Shown one piece after another: positions 30,686 to 39,505 of a stretch of 64,000 nucleotides of DNA (its first letter is position 1; each line of letters opens with the position of its first letter). The notes below the pieces were generated by a model that saw only the letters and a program-made list of their open reading frames with translations, made no database searches and was not told the origin of the DNA. The position numbers were made by a program, and so were the translations under genes. Source of the stretch: Fuerstiella sp. (GTDB taxonomy: Bacteria; Planctomycetota; Planctomycetia; Planctomycetales; Planctomycetaceae); the NCBI GenBank assembly GCA_022447225.1, contig JAKVAZ010000018.1, positions 10,882-74,881 on the forward strand. Reading direction: 5' to 3'.

Positions 30686-31084
30686 GAGATCCGTACTTTC
30701 GCGACGAAAGGGAAAAAGCGAAATTCGGGACATCTTCAACTGCTCTGCCCCGACGATCACACAGTTCCGGATGCATCCGGACACGGCAGTTCCTGCTCTG
30801 TGTTAGTAGTTCGTAACGAACATTCAACAGGAATTCCACTCTGTCAATGTTTCAACGCTGCTGAGTCAGGTTCGGTAAACGTCAACTGATGGCCATTTGC
30901 AACCGAGGGATCTTCTCAGGCGGCAGGATCATGCCTGGATTGCTTTGAGAGCCGGCCACGGGGATGCAGAATGATCGATGGTGTTCGATACAGATCCCGG
31001 CGCTGAGGAATGACAAATGCAAATTCACCTGGCGAACTGGGAACGCAGGTCCTCTGTTCGTACGACAGACATCAAACCAGGAGT

Positions 31085-31837
31085 TTACACTTCCGGCTCG
31101 TCGGTGTGTTCCTGCACGTCGCTTGCCCGATCTCTCGATTGATCTTTTTGCGATTCCAGCATTGATCGGTATTCTTCAGGTGTGTCCATGTCTGGAAAAT
31201 AATCTTCGGCTGGAAAATCCACGATGTGCTGCGGATTCTGTTCTACCACCTGGTTGACACCCTGATCCTGCGGCAAATCGAAGATCTGAGACGTCACAGA
31301 CCAGGGAAACAGGGCCGGGTGTCCCCGACGCCTTCCAAATCTCGGTACGGTAATGGCCGTGGCACCAATACCGGCCTCGATGAGTCCGTCAATGACAGCC
31401 GAGTTCAGTCCGGGCAGGTCGGCTGGCGCCACAAAGCAGCCGTCTTCGTTAGTTGGTCGCCAGTGGTCGTCAAGAAACTGCAACCCAATCCGGACGGATT
31501 CTTTCATATCATTTGGAGCGATAGTCGGCTTAACGGTGTGTACCGGCCACCGAGCGCAGACTGACTGGAGTTCTTCATCGTCACTGCGAACCACGACAAC
31601 AACATGATCGACCGTACTGTTGGTCCAGGCGTAAAGCAGTTGATCAATCAGTGTCCAGTGTTCCCACGGTAGAAGCAGCTTGGGCCGACCCATGCGACGA
31701 CTCCTTCCAGCTGCCGGGACAATCGCGTAAAATCGACTCACCGGAAATGCCTTTTTGAAGGTTGCCCAGGCGTGTGTTGTGTGTATGTAATGGTTTTGAA
31801 ACTCTGTACAGCGATTACAACAAAAAAAGGTCCCCAT
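31085..31837 (-). CDS. MobA/MocA-like nucleotidyltransferase (molybdenum cofactor cytidylyl/guanylyl-transferase family, NTP_transf_3)
   Basis: YAIVPAAGRSRRMGRPKLLLPW is the family P-loop-like motif, and there is an acidic C-terminal tail. The start is ambiguous: ATG at 31837 overlaps the xdhC ATG, and an in-frame GTG at 31741 is an alternative. Confidence 0.68.
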   Translation of the reverse strand: MGTFFCCNRCTEFQNHYIHTTHAWATFKKAFPVSRFYAIVPAAGRSRRMGRPKLLLPWEHWTLIDQLLYAWTNSTVDHVVVVVRSDDEELQSVCARWPVHTVKPTIAPNDMKESVRIGLQFLDDHWRPTNEDGCFVAPADLPGLNSAVIDGLIEAGIGATAITVPRFGRRRGHPALFPWSVTSQIFDLPQDQGVNQVVEQNPQHIVDFPAEDYFPDMDTPEEYRSMLESQKDQSRDRASDVQEHTDEPEV

Positions 31838-32651
31838 GACATTCGATGTCGTGCAATATTCCCGGAGACTGAGCCGGCTGCTGGATGCGAATGCGTCATT
31901 CGTGATCGTCACCTTGATTGATATTCGCGGGAGCGCACCTCAAATCATCGGTGCAAAAGCGATCATCACAGCACACGGCATTGAGTCTGGCACCGTGGGC
32001 GGTGGTCGAATTGAGGCGACTGCTATCCGGCATGCCCAGCAGCTGCTGATCCAGGAAAACGGAACGAACAGCGAATTCGTCACATGGAATCTGCAAACTG
32101 ATATTGGGATGACCTGTGGCGGCGAAGTCAAACTGTTCTTTGAAGTCTGTGGCAGTGACGGCTGGTCAATTGCGGTATTTGGCGCCGGCCATATTGCTCA
32201 GACATTGATCCCCATGCTGGTGCAGCTCAACTGCCGCGTGAATTGTTTCGATTCGCGACCAGACTGGCTTGCAAAGCTTCCCTCGCATCCGAAGCTCGGA
32301 ACGCATTGTCCGACAGAACTGCACAGTGTTGTCAAAGACCAGCCGGCCAATACGTTCTTCCTGTTGATGACGCAGGGCCATGCATCGGATCTGCCGGTTC
32401 TGACCGAAATCCTGCAGACGCGCGACGCCCCTTACGTTGGTGTGATTGGCAGTCCCCAGAAAGCCAGTGTTCTCCGTCGTGAATTGCGGGAACAGGCTAT
32501 ACCGTCAGACAAAATCGATTCGTTCTACTGTCCTGTGGGCGTCCCGTTGGGCAACAACACACCAGCCGAGATTTCCATCAGTGTGATCGCACAACTATTG
32601 CAGCGGAGAGACGAGCTCGGGATCCTGAAGCACAAGGTTAAAAAATTTTGA
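31836..32651 (+). CDS. XdhC/CoxI family molybdoenzyme maturation factor
   Basis: FVIVTLIDIRGSAPQIIGAKAII, SGTVGGGRIE, the Rossmann-like IAVFGAGHIAQ, and YVGVIGSPQK are present. Confidence 0.85.
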   Translation: MTFDVVQYSRRLSRLLDANASFVIVTLIDIRGSAPQIIGAKAIITAHGIESGTVGGGRIEATAIRHAQQLLIQENGTNSEFVTWNLQTDIGMTCGGEVKLFFEVCGSDGWSIAVFGAGHIAQTLIPMLVQLNCRVNCFDSRPDWLAKLPSHPKLGTHCPTELHSVVKDQPANTFFLLMTQGHASDLPVLTEILQTRDAPYVGVIGSPQKASVLRRELREQAIPSDKIDSFYCPVGVPLGNNTPAEISISVIAQLLQRRDELGILKHKVKKF

Positions 32652-32829
32652 TGCAGCACCAACCTCATGACACCTTCTTGTTACCGCCGTCATTTGATGT
32701 GTTCCTGCACGGTTTCAGGAATATCAGATGAAACTGCTGTTGCTGAATCACTGTGCACTCATTGATTCGGTGTTGCCAGGGGGGCAAGCGGCGATCCGGT
32801 ACCGCTTCCTGTGACGTTATCAACTGACG

Positions 32830-32871
32830 AAAAAAAACCGTCCTGCAGCAGTTCGCGTCTCACCAGGACGG
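32830..32871 (-). terminator. putative intrinsic terminator (minus-strand sense: 8-bp GC-rich stem then U8)
   Basis: The plus strand reads A8 (32830-32837), CCGTCCTG (32838-32845), an 18-nt loop, then CAGGACGG (32864-32871). On the minus strand this is a hairpin followed by TTTTTTTT, 30 nt after the stop of the 48-codon ORF. Confidence 0.55.
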
Positions 32872-32901
32872 GGACCGCTTGCTGCTCAGATGGTAGTGTC
32901 T

Positions 32902-33048
32902 TTATGTCTGGCTAAATCCCCGGGCCGTGAGCAGAGCATCGATGATCAGAAACCCACCCACTGCGAAACATGGAGATTTGATGAAGAAGCGGGCTGCCGG
33001 TTTCTGAGGTCTTATGTCAATTTTTTTTCTGAATTCGCACAGAGTCAT
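32902..33048 (-). CDS. candidate small membrane protein (48 aa), unknown function
   Basis: Own translation: MTLCEFRKKIDIRPQKPAARFFIKSPCFAVGGFLIIDALLTARGFSQT. It has a basic N-terminus, one hydrophobic helix, and is followed by the terminator. It is below the ORF-track length cut-off. Confidence 0.3.
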   Translation of the reverse strand: MTLCEFRKKIDIRPQKPAARFFIKSPCFAVGGFLIIDALLTARGFSQT

Positions 33049-33157
33049 TATGAATTACTTCCGATCCGTCATGAACGCGTTGAGATGCTGTTGAAGTCAT
33101 TTCACTGCTGGTATCATTTTAAGTCACTCTACCTACCTTCAATGTTGAGCGACTACC

Positions 33158-34129
33158 GTGGCTGATTTTCGTCGCAGACGCCGCCATCTCAAGCTGCCCA
33201 TCTGGAGCAGCGTGGTATTATCGGCAGTGAATATCACGTTGATGGTTGTGCTGATCGTGTTGCTCGCACGCGAAAGTGCGTGGCCGGCGCTGGTGTTGGG
33301 AGCTGTTGCGCTGGCGATCAGTCTGTTTGGGATTTCGTTTTATTCGTTTCTGACGATTAAGGAAATTCAGCTTAATCGCCGACAGTCAAACTTTGTTGAC
33401 AGTGTGACGCATGAACTCAAGACGCCAATTGCTGCACTGAGGCTGTATCTGGATACGTTGCTGATGAGAGATATGGGGCAGGAGGACCGGCGGGAATTTT
33501 ATTCGACCATGGAGAGTGAACTGGAACGTCTGGATCAACTAATCAATCAATTGCTGGAAGTGGGGCGTCTGGACGAAATCGGCAGCCGGACCGAACCCGA
33601 ACATGTTGATCTGCTGCCTTTGCTGCAGGCCGCGGCACAATCATCCTGTAAACATCACAAATGCAATGTGGATGAAGTTTTTGAGTTTGATGTTGCTCCG
33701 GTCGCTCTGCACACTCGACGCATGGTGCTGGAAATGATTTTCGGTAACCTCATCGACAATGCTGTGAAGTACGGTGGTGATCCGCCGCGAGTATTGGTTT
33801 CTGTACTTCCGCGAGGATGGGATCGTGTGGCCGTTCGAGTGCAGGACAATGGGCCGGGAATTCCCGAAACTCAGCGGCGACAGGTCTTTCAGTTGTTCTT
33901 TCGCGGCAGCGATGAACTGCAGCGAACTCGTAAAGGGACCGGCCTGGGACTGTACATCGTCAAGACACTGGTCGGAATTCTCAAGGGGCGCGTCAGTGTG
34001 GTTAACTCGACAGCCGAAGAAGGTTGTGTGTTTGAAGTAATTCTTCCCGGGCGCTTGGCGGCTCGTTCTGTTGATCAGGCCGAAGAGACTTCTCAGAAAC
34101 CGGTTGCGTCAGAAACAGCAGGAGTCTGA
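33158..34129 (+). CDS. sensor histidine kinase (two closely spaced TM helices, HisKA + HATPase_c)
   Basis: The H-box is FVDSVTHELKTPIAAL, the N-box is NLIDNAVKY, and the G-boxes are DNGPGIP and GTGLGLYIV. The two N-terminal TM helices are separated by only about 4 residues. The start codon is GTG. Confidence 0.9.
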   Translation: MADFRRRRRHLKLPIWSSVVLSAVNITLMVVLIVLLARESAWPALVLGAVALAISLFGISFYSFLTIKEIQLNRRQSNFVDSVTHELKTPIAALRLYLDTLLMRDMGQEDRREFYSTMESELERLDQLINQLLEVGRLDEIGSRTEPEHVDLLPLLQAAAQSSCKHHKCNVDEVFEFDVAPVALHTRRMVLEMIFGNLIDNAVKYGGDPPRVLVSVLPRGWDRVAVRVQDNGPGIPETQRRQVFQLFFRGSDELQRTRKGTGLGLYIVKTLVGILKGRVSVVNSTAEEGCVFEVILPGRLAARSVDQAEETSQKPVASETAGV

Positions 34130-34133
34130 ACGG

Positions 34134-34871
34134 ATGCGAATCCTTGTTGTCGAAGACGAACCGGCTATTGCGCACGGGCTCAGGTTTAACTTTGAGCAGG
34201 AGGGATATCTGGTTGATGTCGCCGGTGACGGTCCTGCTGCGCTGAATACACTGGATTCAGCAGATCCGGAGATCGATCTGGTCGTCCTGGATCTGATGCT
34301 GCCTGAAATGAGCGGTTACGAAGCCTGTCGAATTCTTCGACGTTCGAATCCTGATATTCCGGTCCTCGCACTGACCGCCCGTACTCTGCCGGAAGACAAG
34401 GCACAGGCTTTCGACTGCGGGGTGGATCAGTACATGACGAAACCGTTTGCTCTGCCGGAATTGTTGAGCAGAGTACGTAATCTGCTGGAACGACGTCGCA
34501 GAAATCTGGTCAACGCCAAACGAATCCGTCCGGCAGATGACCTTGAAGAATTTGGAGACGTCAGTGTCGACTTTGGTCGCTTCGAACTTGTGAAAGGCAG
34601 TCGGAAGAGTTCTCTGACAACTCGTGAGCAGGAGTTACTGCGTTACTTTCTGGACCATGACGGTATGGTCCTGTCCCGGTCCCGGCTGCAGTCGGATGTC
34701 TGGAGAGATTCAGCCGATATCACGACGCGTTCAATTGACAATTTCGTGATGCGGTTGCGACGCATGATTGAACTGGATCCTGCAAATCCCCGGCATCTGA
34801 CATCCATCCGCGGGACGGGTTACCGGTTTCTGCGTGATCCGCAGCCCAACAAAGCGACGGGCCAGCCATGA
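34134..34871 (+). CDS. OmpR-family response regulator
   Basis: MRILVVEDEP, the phospho-acceptor context LVVLDLMLPEMSG, KPF, and a C-terminal winged helix (IRGTGYRF) are present. ATG at 34134 lies 4 nt after the kinase stop. Confidence 0.9.
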   Translation: MRILVVEDEPAIAHGLRFNFEQEGYLVDVAGDGPAALNTLDSADPEIDLVVLDLMLPEMSGYEACRILRRSNPDIPVLALTARTLPEDKAQAFDCGVDQYMTKPFALPELLSRVRNLLERRRRNLVNAKRIRPADDLEEFGDVSVDFGRFELVKGSRKSSLTTREQELLRYFLDHDGMVLSRSRLQSDVWRDSADITTRSIDNFVMRLRRMIELDPANPRHLTSIRGTGYRFLRDPQPNKATGQP

Positions 34872-35950
34872 CGACGGCTCTGGGGCTGGATATCGGTGGT
34901 GCCAATCTTAAGGCAGCAGACCCGGACGGACGGGTTCGAGTAGCCGCGTTTGCCATGTGGCAACAGTATGATCAACTGACTGACCAACTGCGATCGCTTT
35001 CGTGGATGGAATGTCCTGAACTGGTGGGTGTCACGATGACAGCCGAACTGGCTGACTGTTTTGAGACCAAAGCGGACGGTGTTTCCTGGGTGATTGGCAG
35101 TGTGCAAAAGGCGTTTCCACATTCGGAAATTCGGATTTGGCTGACATCCGGAGAGTTTGCTGAACCGAAAGATGCTGTCGAATTACCGGAACTGGTAGCG
35201 GCTGCCAACTGGCATGCTTTGGCGACCTGGGTCGGACGATCCGTCCCGACTGGTCCGGCGATTCTCATTGATATCGGGTCTACGACAACTGACATCATTC
35301 CTTTGCTGGATGGCTTTCCGGTACCCTCGGGGCTGACTGATTTGGAACGCCTGCTGCATGCGGAACTCGTCTATACCGGAGTTCGGCGTACGCCATTGTG
35401 CGCGGTCAGTCGATCGGTGATGCTGAATGGAATGAGAATCCCGCTGGCTGCGGAATTGTTTGCAACCATGCAGGATGTCTACCTCGTGCTGGGTTCCCTT
35501 GTTGAGAATCCGGAAAACACCAATACCGCGGACGGCCGACCGGCAACCGTTGCCGCGGCCCGCAGACGCATTGCCGGAATGCTGTGCTGTGATGTGCAGG
35601 AGCTGACTGAAAAATCAACTGATGATATTGCACGACAGCTGGCTCGTGTGCAACAGGACGAACTCGTTCGGGCTGTCCTGATGGTCAGAGAAACACAGAA
35701 CATGCAGATGACGAACGCACATCGCGATGATGTCGAAGTTCAACCGCACGTGATTCTCAGTGGCAGCGGCCTGTTTTTGGCAGCACAGGTGGCTGCAGAG
35801 TGCGGGCTGACGGCCACAGTGAATCTTAGTGAATTTGGTTCATGCGCCGTTGCCGAAGCTGCCTGTGCGTTTGCTGCTGCCCGACTGGTGGTTGAGCGAT
35901 GTCGTGATGATCTGCTATCTGCCGTGCCATTTCATGACACGGGCATATGA
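34868..35950 (+). CDS. hydantoinase_A-like ASKHA protein resembling the H4MPT-linked C1-pathway / MfnF (methanofuran biosynthesis) family
   Basis: LGLDIGGANLKAA at the N-terminus and LIDIGSTTTDIIPL as the second phosphate motif. The 360-aa size fits the short hydantoinase-like family that co-occurs with H4MPT pathways. The assignment is by recollection only. Confidence 0.5.
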   Translation: MTTALGLDIGGANLKAADPDGRVRVAAFAMWQQYDQLTDQLRSLSWMECPELVGVTMTAELADCFETKADGVSWVIGSVQKAFPHSEIRIWLTSGEFAEPKDAVELPELVAAANWHALATWVGRSVPTGPAILIDIGSTTTDIIPLLDGFPVPSGLTDLERLLHAELVYTGVRRTPLCAVSRSVMLNGMRIPLAAELFATMQDVYLVLGSLVENPENTNTADGRPATVAAARRRIAGMLCCDVQELTEKSTDDIARQLARVQQDELVRAVLMVRETQNMQMTNAHRDDVEVQPHVILSGSGLFLAAQVAAECGLTATVNLSEFGSCAVAEAACAFAAARLVVERCRDDLLSAVPFHDTGI

Positions 35951-35968
35951 CCGCATCCTGTGAACACA

Positions 35969-36829
35969 CTAAATTTTGTGTTGTGTGGACGATTCCAGCC
36001 AGTCGATCAGATTGCCGACAAACTGCCCGCGGTTTGGTTCAAACTCCAGGGTATGCTGAGCTGTTGGGTATCGAATTGTTGTCTGGTGGTGTGATCCGAA
36101 CTGTGCCACGAGCCGGCATGTTGCATGGTTGTCGATAATCTGATCACGGCCGGCGAGCATCAGCAGTGTGGGATGAACAATACGTTCGCAGTTTTGCCGG
36201 GTGATGCGATCCAGGTCGCGACCGGAATTCAGAAATCCGCTGGTGACCCGATGCAGTGCCAGCGGGTCTTCTGTGATGAATTCCTGATGTTTGGGTGCAG
36301 CAGTAAAGAGCTTTGGGTCGGTCAGCGGAATGTCAATGCCCCGGAAACGGACATCGAACCGTCGGGCGAGTTTGAGTTTAACGTTTTGTATTTGCGTCGG
36401 TTGCAGCAGCGGAATCAGGCCCGGATACAGAAGGATCAGATTGTCGATTTCCTGTGGCCGGACTGCAGCCAGTGCTGCCGCAATCTTTCCTCCCCAGCTG
36501 ATACCCATCAGAGTCAGCGGCACCATGGAGTCTTCGTGTTCCTGGCGACTCAGTCGAATCAGTTGCAGCACGTCATTAATCAGTCTCAGACCGTGGTCAG
36601 CGTGACCTCGATGAAATCCGTTGAGTCCCGAGCCGCGACGATCGGCAAAGTAGACATCATAGCCGGCGGTTGCCAGTTGTTCGGAAGACCAGGTGAACCA
36701 GCCGGAATGACTTTGAATGCCGTGCAGTGCCACGACCACACCGCGGCATTTCTTCCCGGCATTCCAGTGTCGAAAATGCACGCGACGGCCATCCGATGCA
36801 GTGAGTTGGCGGATGGTGGGTCCTGGCAT
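35969..36829 (-). CDS. alpha/beta hydrolase (lysophospholipase/monoacylglycerol-lipase-like)
   Basis: VVALHGIQSHSGW, the nucleophile elbow GISWGG, and the C-terminal His context TAQHTLEFE are present. Confidence 0.82.
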   Translation of the reverse strand: MPGPTIRQLTASDGRRVHFRHWNAGKKCRGVVVALHGIQSHSGWFTWSSEQLATAGYDVYFADRRGSGLNGFHRGHADHGLRLINDVLQLIRLSRQEHEDSMVPLTLMGISWGGKIAAALAAVRPQEIDNLILLYPGLIPLLQPTQIQNVKLKLARRFDVRFRGIDIPLTDPKLFTAAPKHQEFITEDPLALHRVTSGFLNSGRDLDRITRQNCERIVHPTLLMLAGRDQIIDNHATCRLVAQFGSHHQTTIRYPTAQHTLEFEPNRGQFVGNLIDWLESSTQHKI

Positions 36830-36844
36830 GTTAACGGCTGCATT

Positions 36845-37384
36845 TCAGGTGAGCTGGATTTCCAGTGATCTGGCGAAGGCCCCGAAGGCCCCTTCACCAA
36901 ACAGAACAAACCGTACGTCATCGGGCTGTTTGTGCCACTTCAAAAAATCGATGACGGACTTCAGGCTAACATTTGCAGCCAGATCCAGCGGATATCCATA
37001 GACTCCGGTACTGATTGCAGGAAATGCAACAGATTTACAGGCCAGATCCACAGCCAGCTGCAAAGATTTCCGGTAGCAGGATGCCAGGGCAGTCGATTCT
37101 CCGTTTTGTCCGCCTCGCCAGACCGGTCCGACTGTGTGTATCAGATGCATGGCCGGCAGCAGCCCTGCAACAGACGCGACGGCATTTCCGGTGGAGCATC
37201 CGTCCGGATAACGCGCACCGGTATCCAGCATGATTTCCGGTCCACCTGCCCGGTGAATTGCCCCGTCGACGCCCCCTCCACCTGCCAGCAGAGCATTGGC
37301 AGCATTGACCACCGCATCAACCTGTTGCAGCGTAATATCACCCTGCACCAGTTGCAGGCGGCATTTTCCAATCCGGACCAGCAT
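36845..37384 (-). CDS. macro domain protein (O-acetyl-ADP-ribose deacetylase / ADP-ribose-binding, YmdB-like)
   Basis: LVQGDITLQQVDAVVNAANALLAGGGGVDGAIHRAGG, HTVGPVW and FPAISTGVYGYP are present. ATG at 37384 is preferred over TTG at 37444. Confidence 0.88.
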   Translation of the reverse strand: MLVRIGKCRLQLVQGDITLQQVDAVVNAANALLAGGGGVDGAIHRAGGPEIMLDTGARYPDGCSTGNAVASVAGLLPAMHLIHTVGPVWRGGQNGESTALASCYRKSLQLAVDLACKSVAFPAISTGVYGYPLDLAANVSLKSVIDFLKWHKQPDDVRFVLFGEGAFGAFARSLEIQLT

Positions 37385-37543
37385 TGGGTCATTTTCCTTC
37401 GCGCAGTTTTTCGGGAGATCAGGCGTGCACTGATTCTTATTCAACCAGGATGTGATTCAAGCCCTGAAGTTCTACAATTGCAGTTTCACGACTGTTCACC
37501 GGCTTCAACACTTTCCTTGCAACACGTTATTTATTTACAAGTT

Positions 37544-38149
37544 ATGACTGATTCGGCCCTCCTTCGCAGCCCTGAACTTTTATGCCGTCATCGCAGTCGT
37601 CTGCTGGTCGTTGACGTTCAGGAGAAACTGATTCCTGCGATTCACCGTGGTATTGATCTCGTTCGCCGCATCCGGTTTGTTCTGGAAGTGGCTCAGCTGT
37701 TTCAAATTCCGGTCGTCGTTTCAGAACAGTATCCGCACGGACTTGGACACACGGTATCCGAACTTGCCGGCCATCCGGCCATCGGCTTCACATTCGACAA
37801 GGAGCGATTCAGCGCTGCAGAAGGCTTTTGTAAACACACAGGTATGAGTGCAGAGATGGCACCCGATGCCCATGACGGCCGCAGTCAGGTGGTCCTGATC
37901 GGGATGGAATCTCACGTGTGTATACTTCAGACCGGGCTCGATCTGCTGGCCCGCGGTTATCGAGTGTACGTGGCGGAAGACGCCGTTGGCAGTGGGAGCC
38001 GGCATGATCATGAGATCGGCGTCCAACGATTACGGGACGCCGGAGCCACCATTTGTACGGTGGAAAGTGTGGCTTTTGAATGGTGCGACACAGCACAGAC
38101 TGACCAGTTTAGGGCGATGAGCAGACTGGTTCGGAGTCTTCGGGACTGA
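37544..38149 (+). CDS. isochorismatase-family cysteine hydrolase
   Basis: RLLVVDVQEKL and the catalytic Cys context LIGMESHVCILQTGLDL are present. This is only the 3' 201 codons of the 405-aa track ORF. The upstream part is antisense to the macro gene. Confidence 0.8.
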   Translation: MTDSALLRSPELLCRHRSRLLVVDVQEKLIPAIHRGIDLVRRIRFVLEVAQLFQIPVVVSEQYPHGLGHTVSELAGHPAIGFTFDKERFSAAEGFCKHTGMSAEMAPDAHDGRSQVVLIGMESHVCILQTGLDLLARGYRVYVAEDAVGSGSRHDHEIGVQRLRDAGATICTVESVAFEWCDTAQTDQFRAMSRLVRSLRD

Positions 38150-39505
38150 GGCGATAATTAGCGTATGACCGGTTTGACGTTACGGTGCCGGGACACGGAA
38201 GTCTGATTTTTATTGCTGATCATTGAATTTAGCTGACGAGGGAACATGCACCCCGGTCACTCATCGTACCGACATTCATCATGGCGGTCGCCCCGGAAAG
38301 CCGCACTGGTCCCGGGAACGGGCCAACTTGATGAGCATCTAAAAGGATGGTCAATCTCTTCTGAGAGACGTCCGGTCAATTAGATCTTCTTCGTCCGGAA
38401 GAGAGACATTGACCCGTCAACAGCACCTGATATTAGACATTATCTGTCAATGATTAAGGTTCCCGTTTCATTCACGCCCAAAACAAATAATTGTTATTTT
38501 CGGAATGTCTGTGGTCAGCTATCGCTTCAGCTCTATAAACAATCCGAGCCTTATTAAGAACACATTCATAAATTTTAAAACAAACAATCACTATGGGTGT
38601 CTTCCGGCGATTCCCCAAAAGATCCGGAGTTGATTTGTAAATGACGGGTGGATGCCCTGTCGGAGTTAGTGTTATTCGCGATCTTCACAACAGCCGGCAT
38701 CGGCATAGATTCGACCTGGAGAACACGAACAGAAGATTTGGCAACTCGCCAGTCAACAGGTGCCCATAAACAAGGTCACTCTAATGCTGGTGTTTAAATA
38801 AAAACCGGGACTGCTGCGGAAGACGTGTTTTTTCTCCATGCAATAACCGTTCATGCCTTCAGGTTAGTTGCAGGCCCTTTTTAATTTTGCACAAACGGGA
38901 CATTAACCAATTCACTGGTGACTGAATGCATAGAACATCGTTCATCAGGTATTTCGCAGACAGCATTTATTAGTACAGCGTTTATCGAGAAGGCTGTTTT
39001 GCTAAACGGCATTCAATAGAACTTAGGTTTGTTACACCGAGGGTATACAGATAACCATTGATAACCCTGATTATCGTATTCCCTGAGGTGATCCGCGGCT
39101 CGCCTGGATGGTCAAGTCCGCCGGCGAATTCAATACGGGCACTGGAGTGCCGCACTAGCTGCAAAGGTCGATGAATTAGAGCCGGGTTGTTTTCCTGTGT
39201 CCTCATTCCACGCGTAGTCGCGAGGAAATGCGGCGGAAATCATTCGTTCGAGTATCAAACTGGAACCCTGTGACCGTCCACCATTATCCGGTGTTGTTTA
39301 CGGTCGAGTTGATACCGGCTCCAGGCAGTTGGTCTGAAAAATTGCGCGTTCATTGCGCGCCGTCCGGCCGTGTTGAAGTTAGTTCTGAGTATGGCTCCTG
39401 CGAACTGAACAGGAAGTGTGGGTTGACAGATCAATTTGCAAGACCGCCTCTGTTTTTTTGATGTGTTTCGAGCGCAGTGTGTTTTTCAGAAAAAGGGGGA
39501 CTGAC

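Noticed and set aside
32890-33165. 91-aa plus-strand ORF upstream of the histidine kinase
   Set aside because: Its composition is Cys/His/Trp/Phe-rich with no motif, and it overlaps the kinase start. The only clear transcription signal here (hairpin plus U8) is in the opposite sense. It is kept as an alternative in the small-ORF finding.
36125-36868. 247-aa plus-strand ORF
   Set aside because: It is antisense to the alpha/beta hydrolase, which carries the GxSxG elbow.
36932-37543. N-terminal 200 codons of the 405-aa plus-strand ORF 36932..38149
   Set aside because: This part is antisense to the well-supported macro-domain gene and is compositionally odd. Only the segment from ATG 37544 matches the isochorismatase family.
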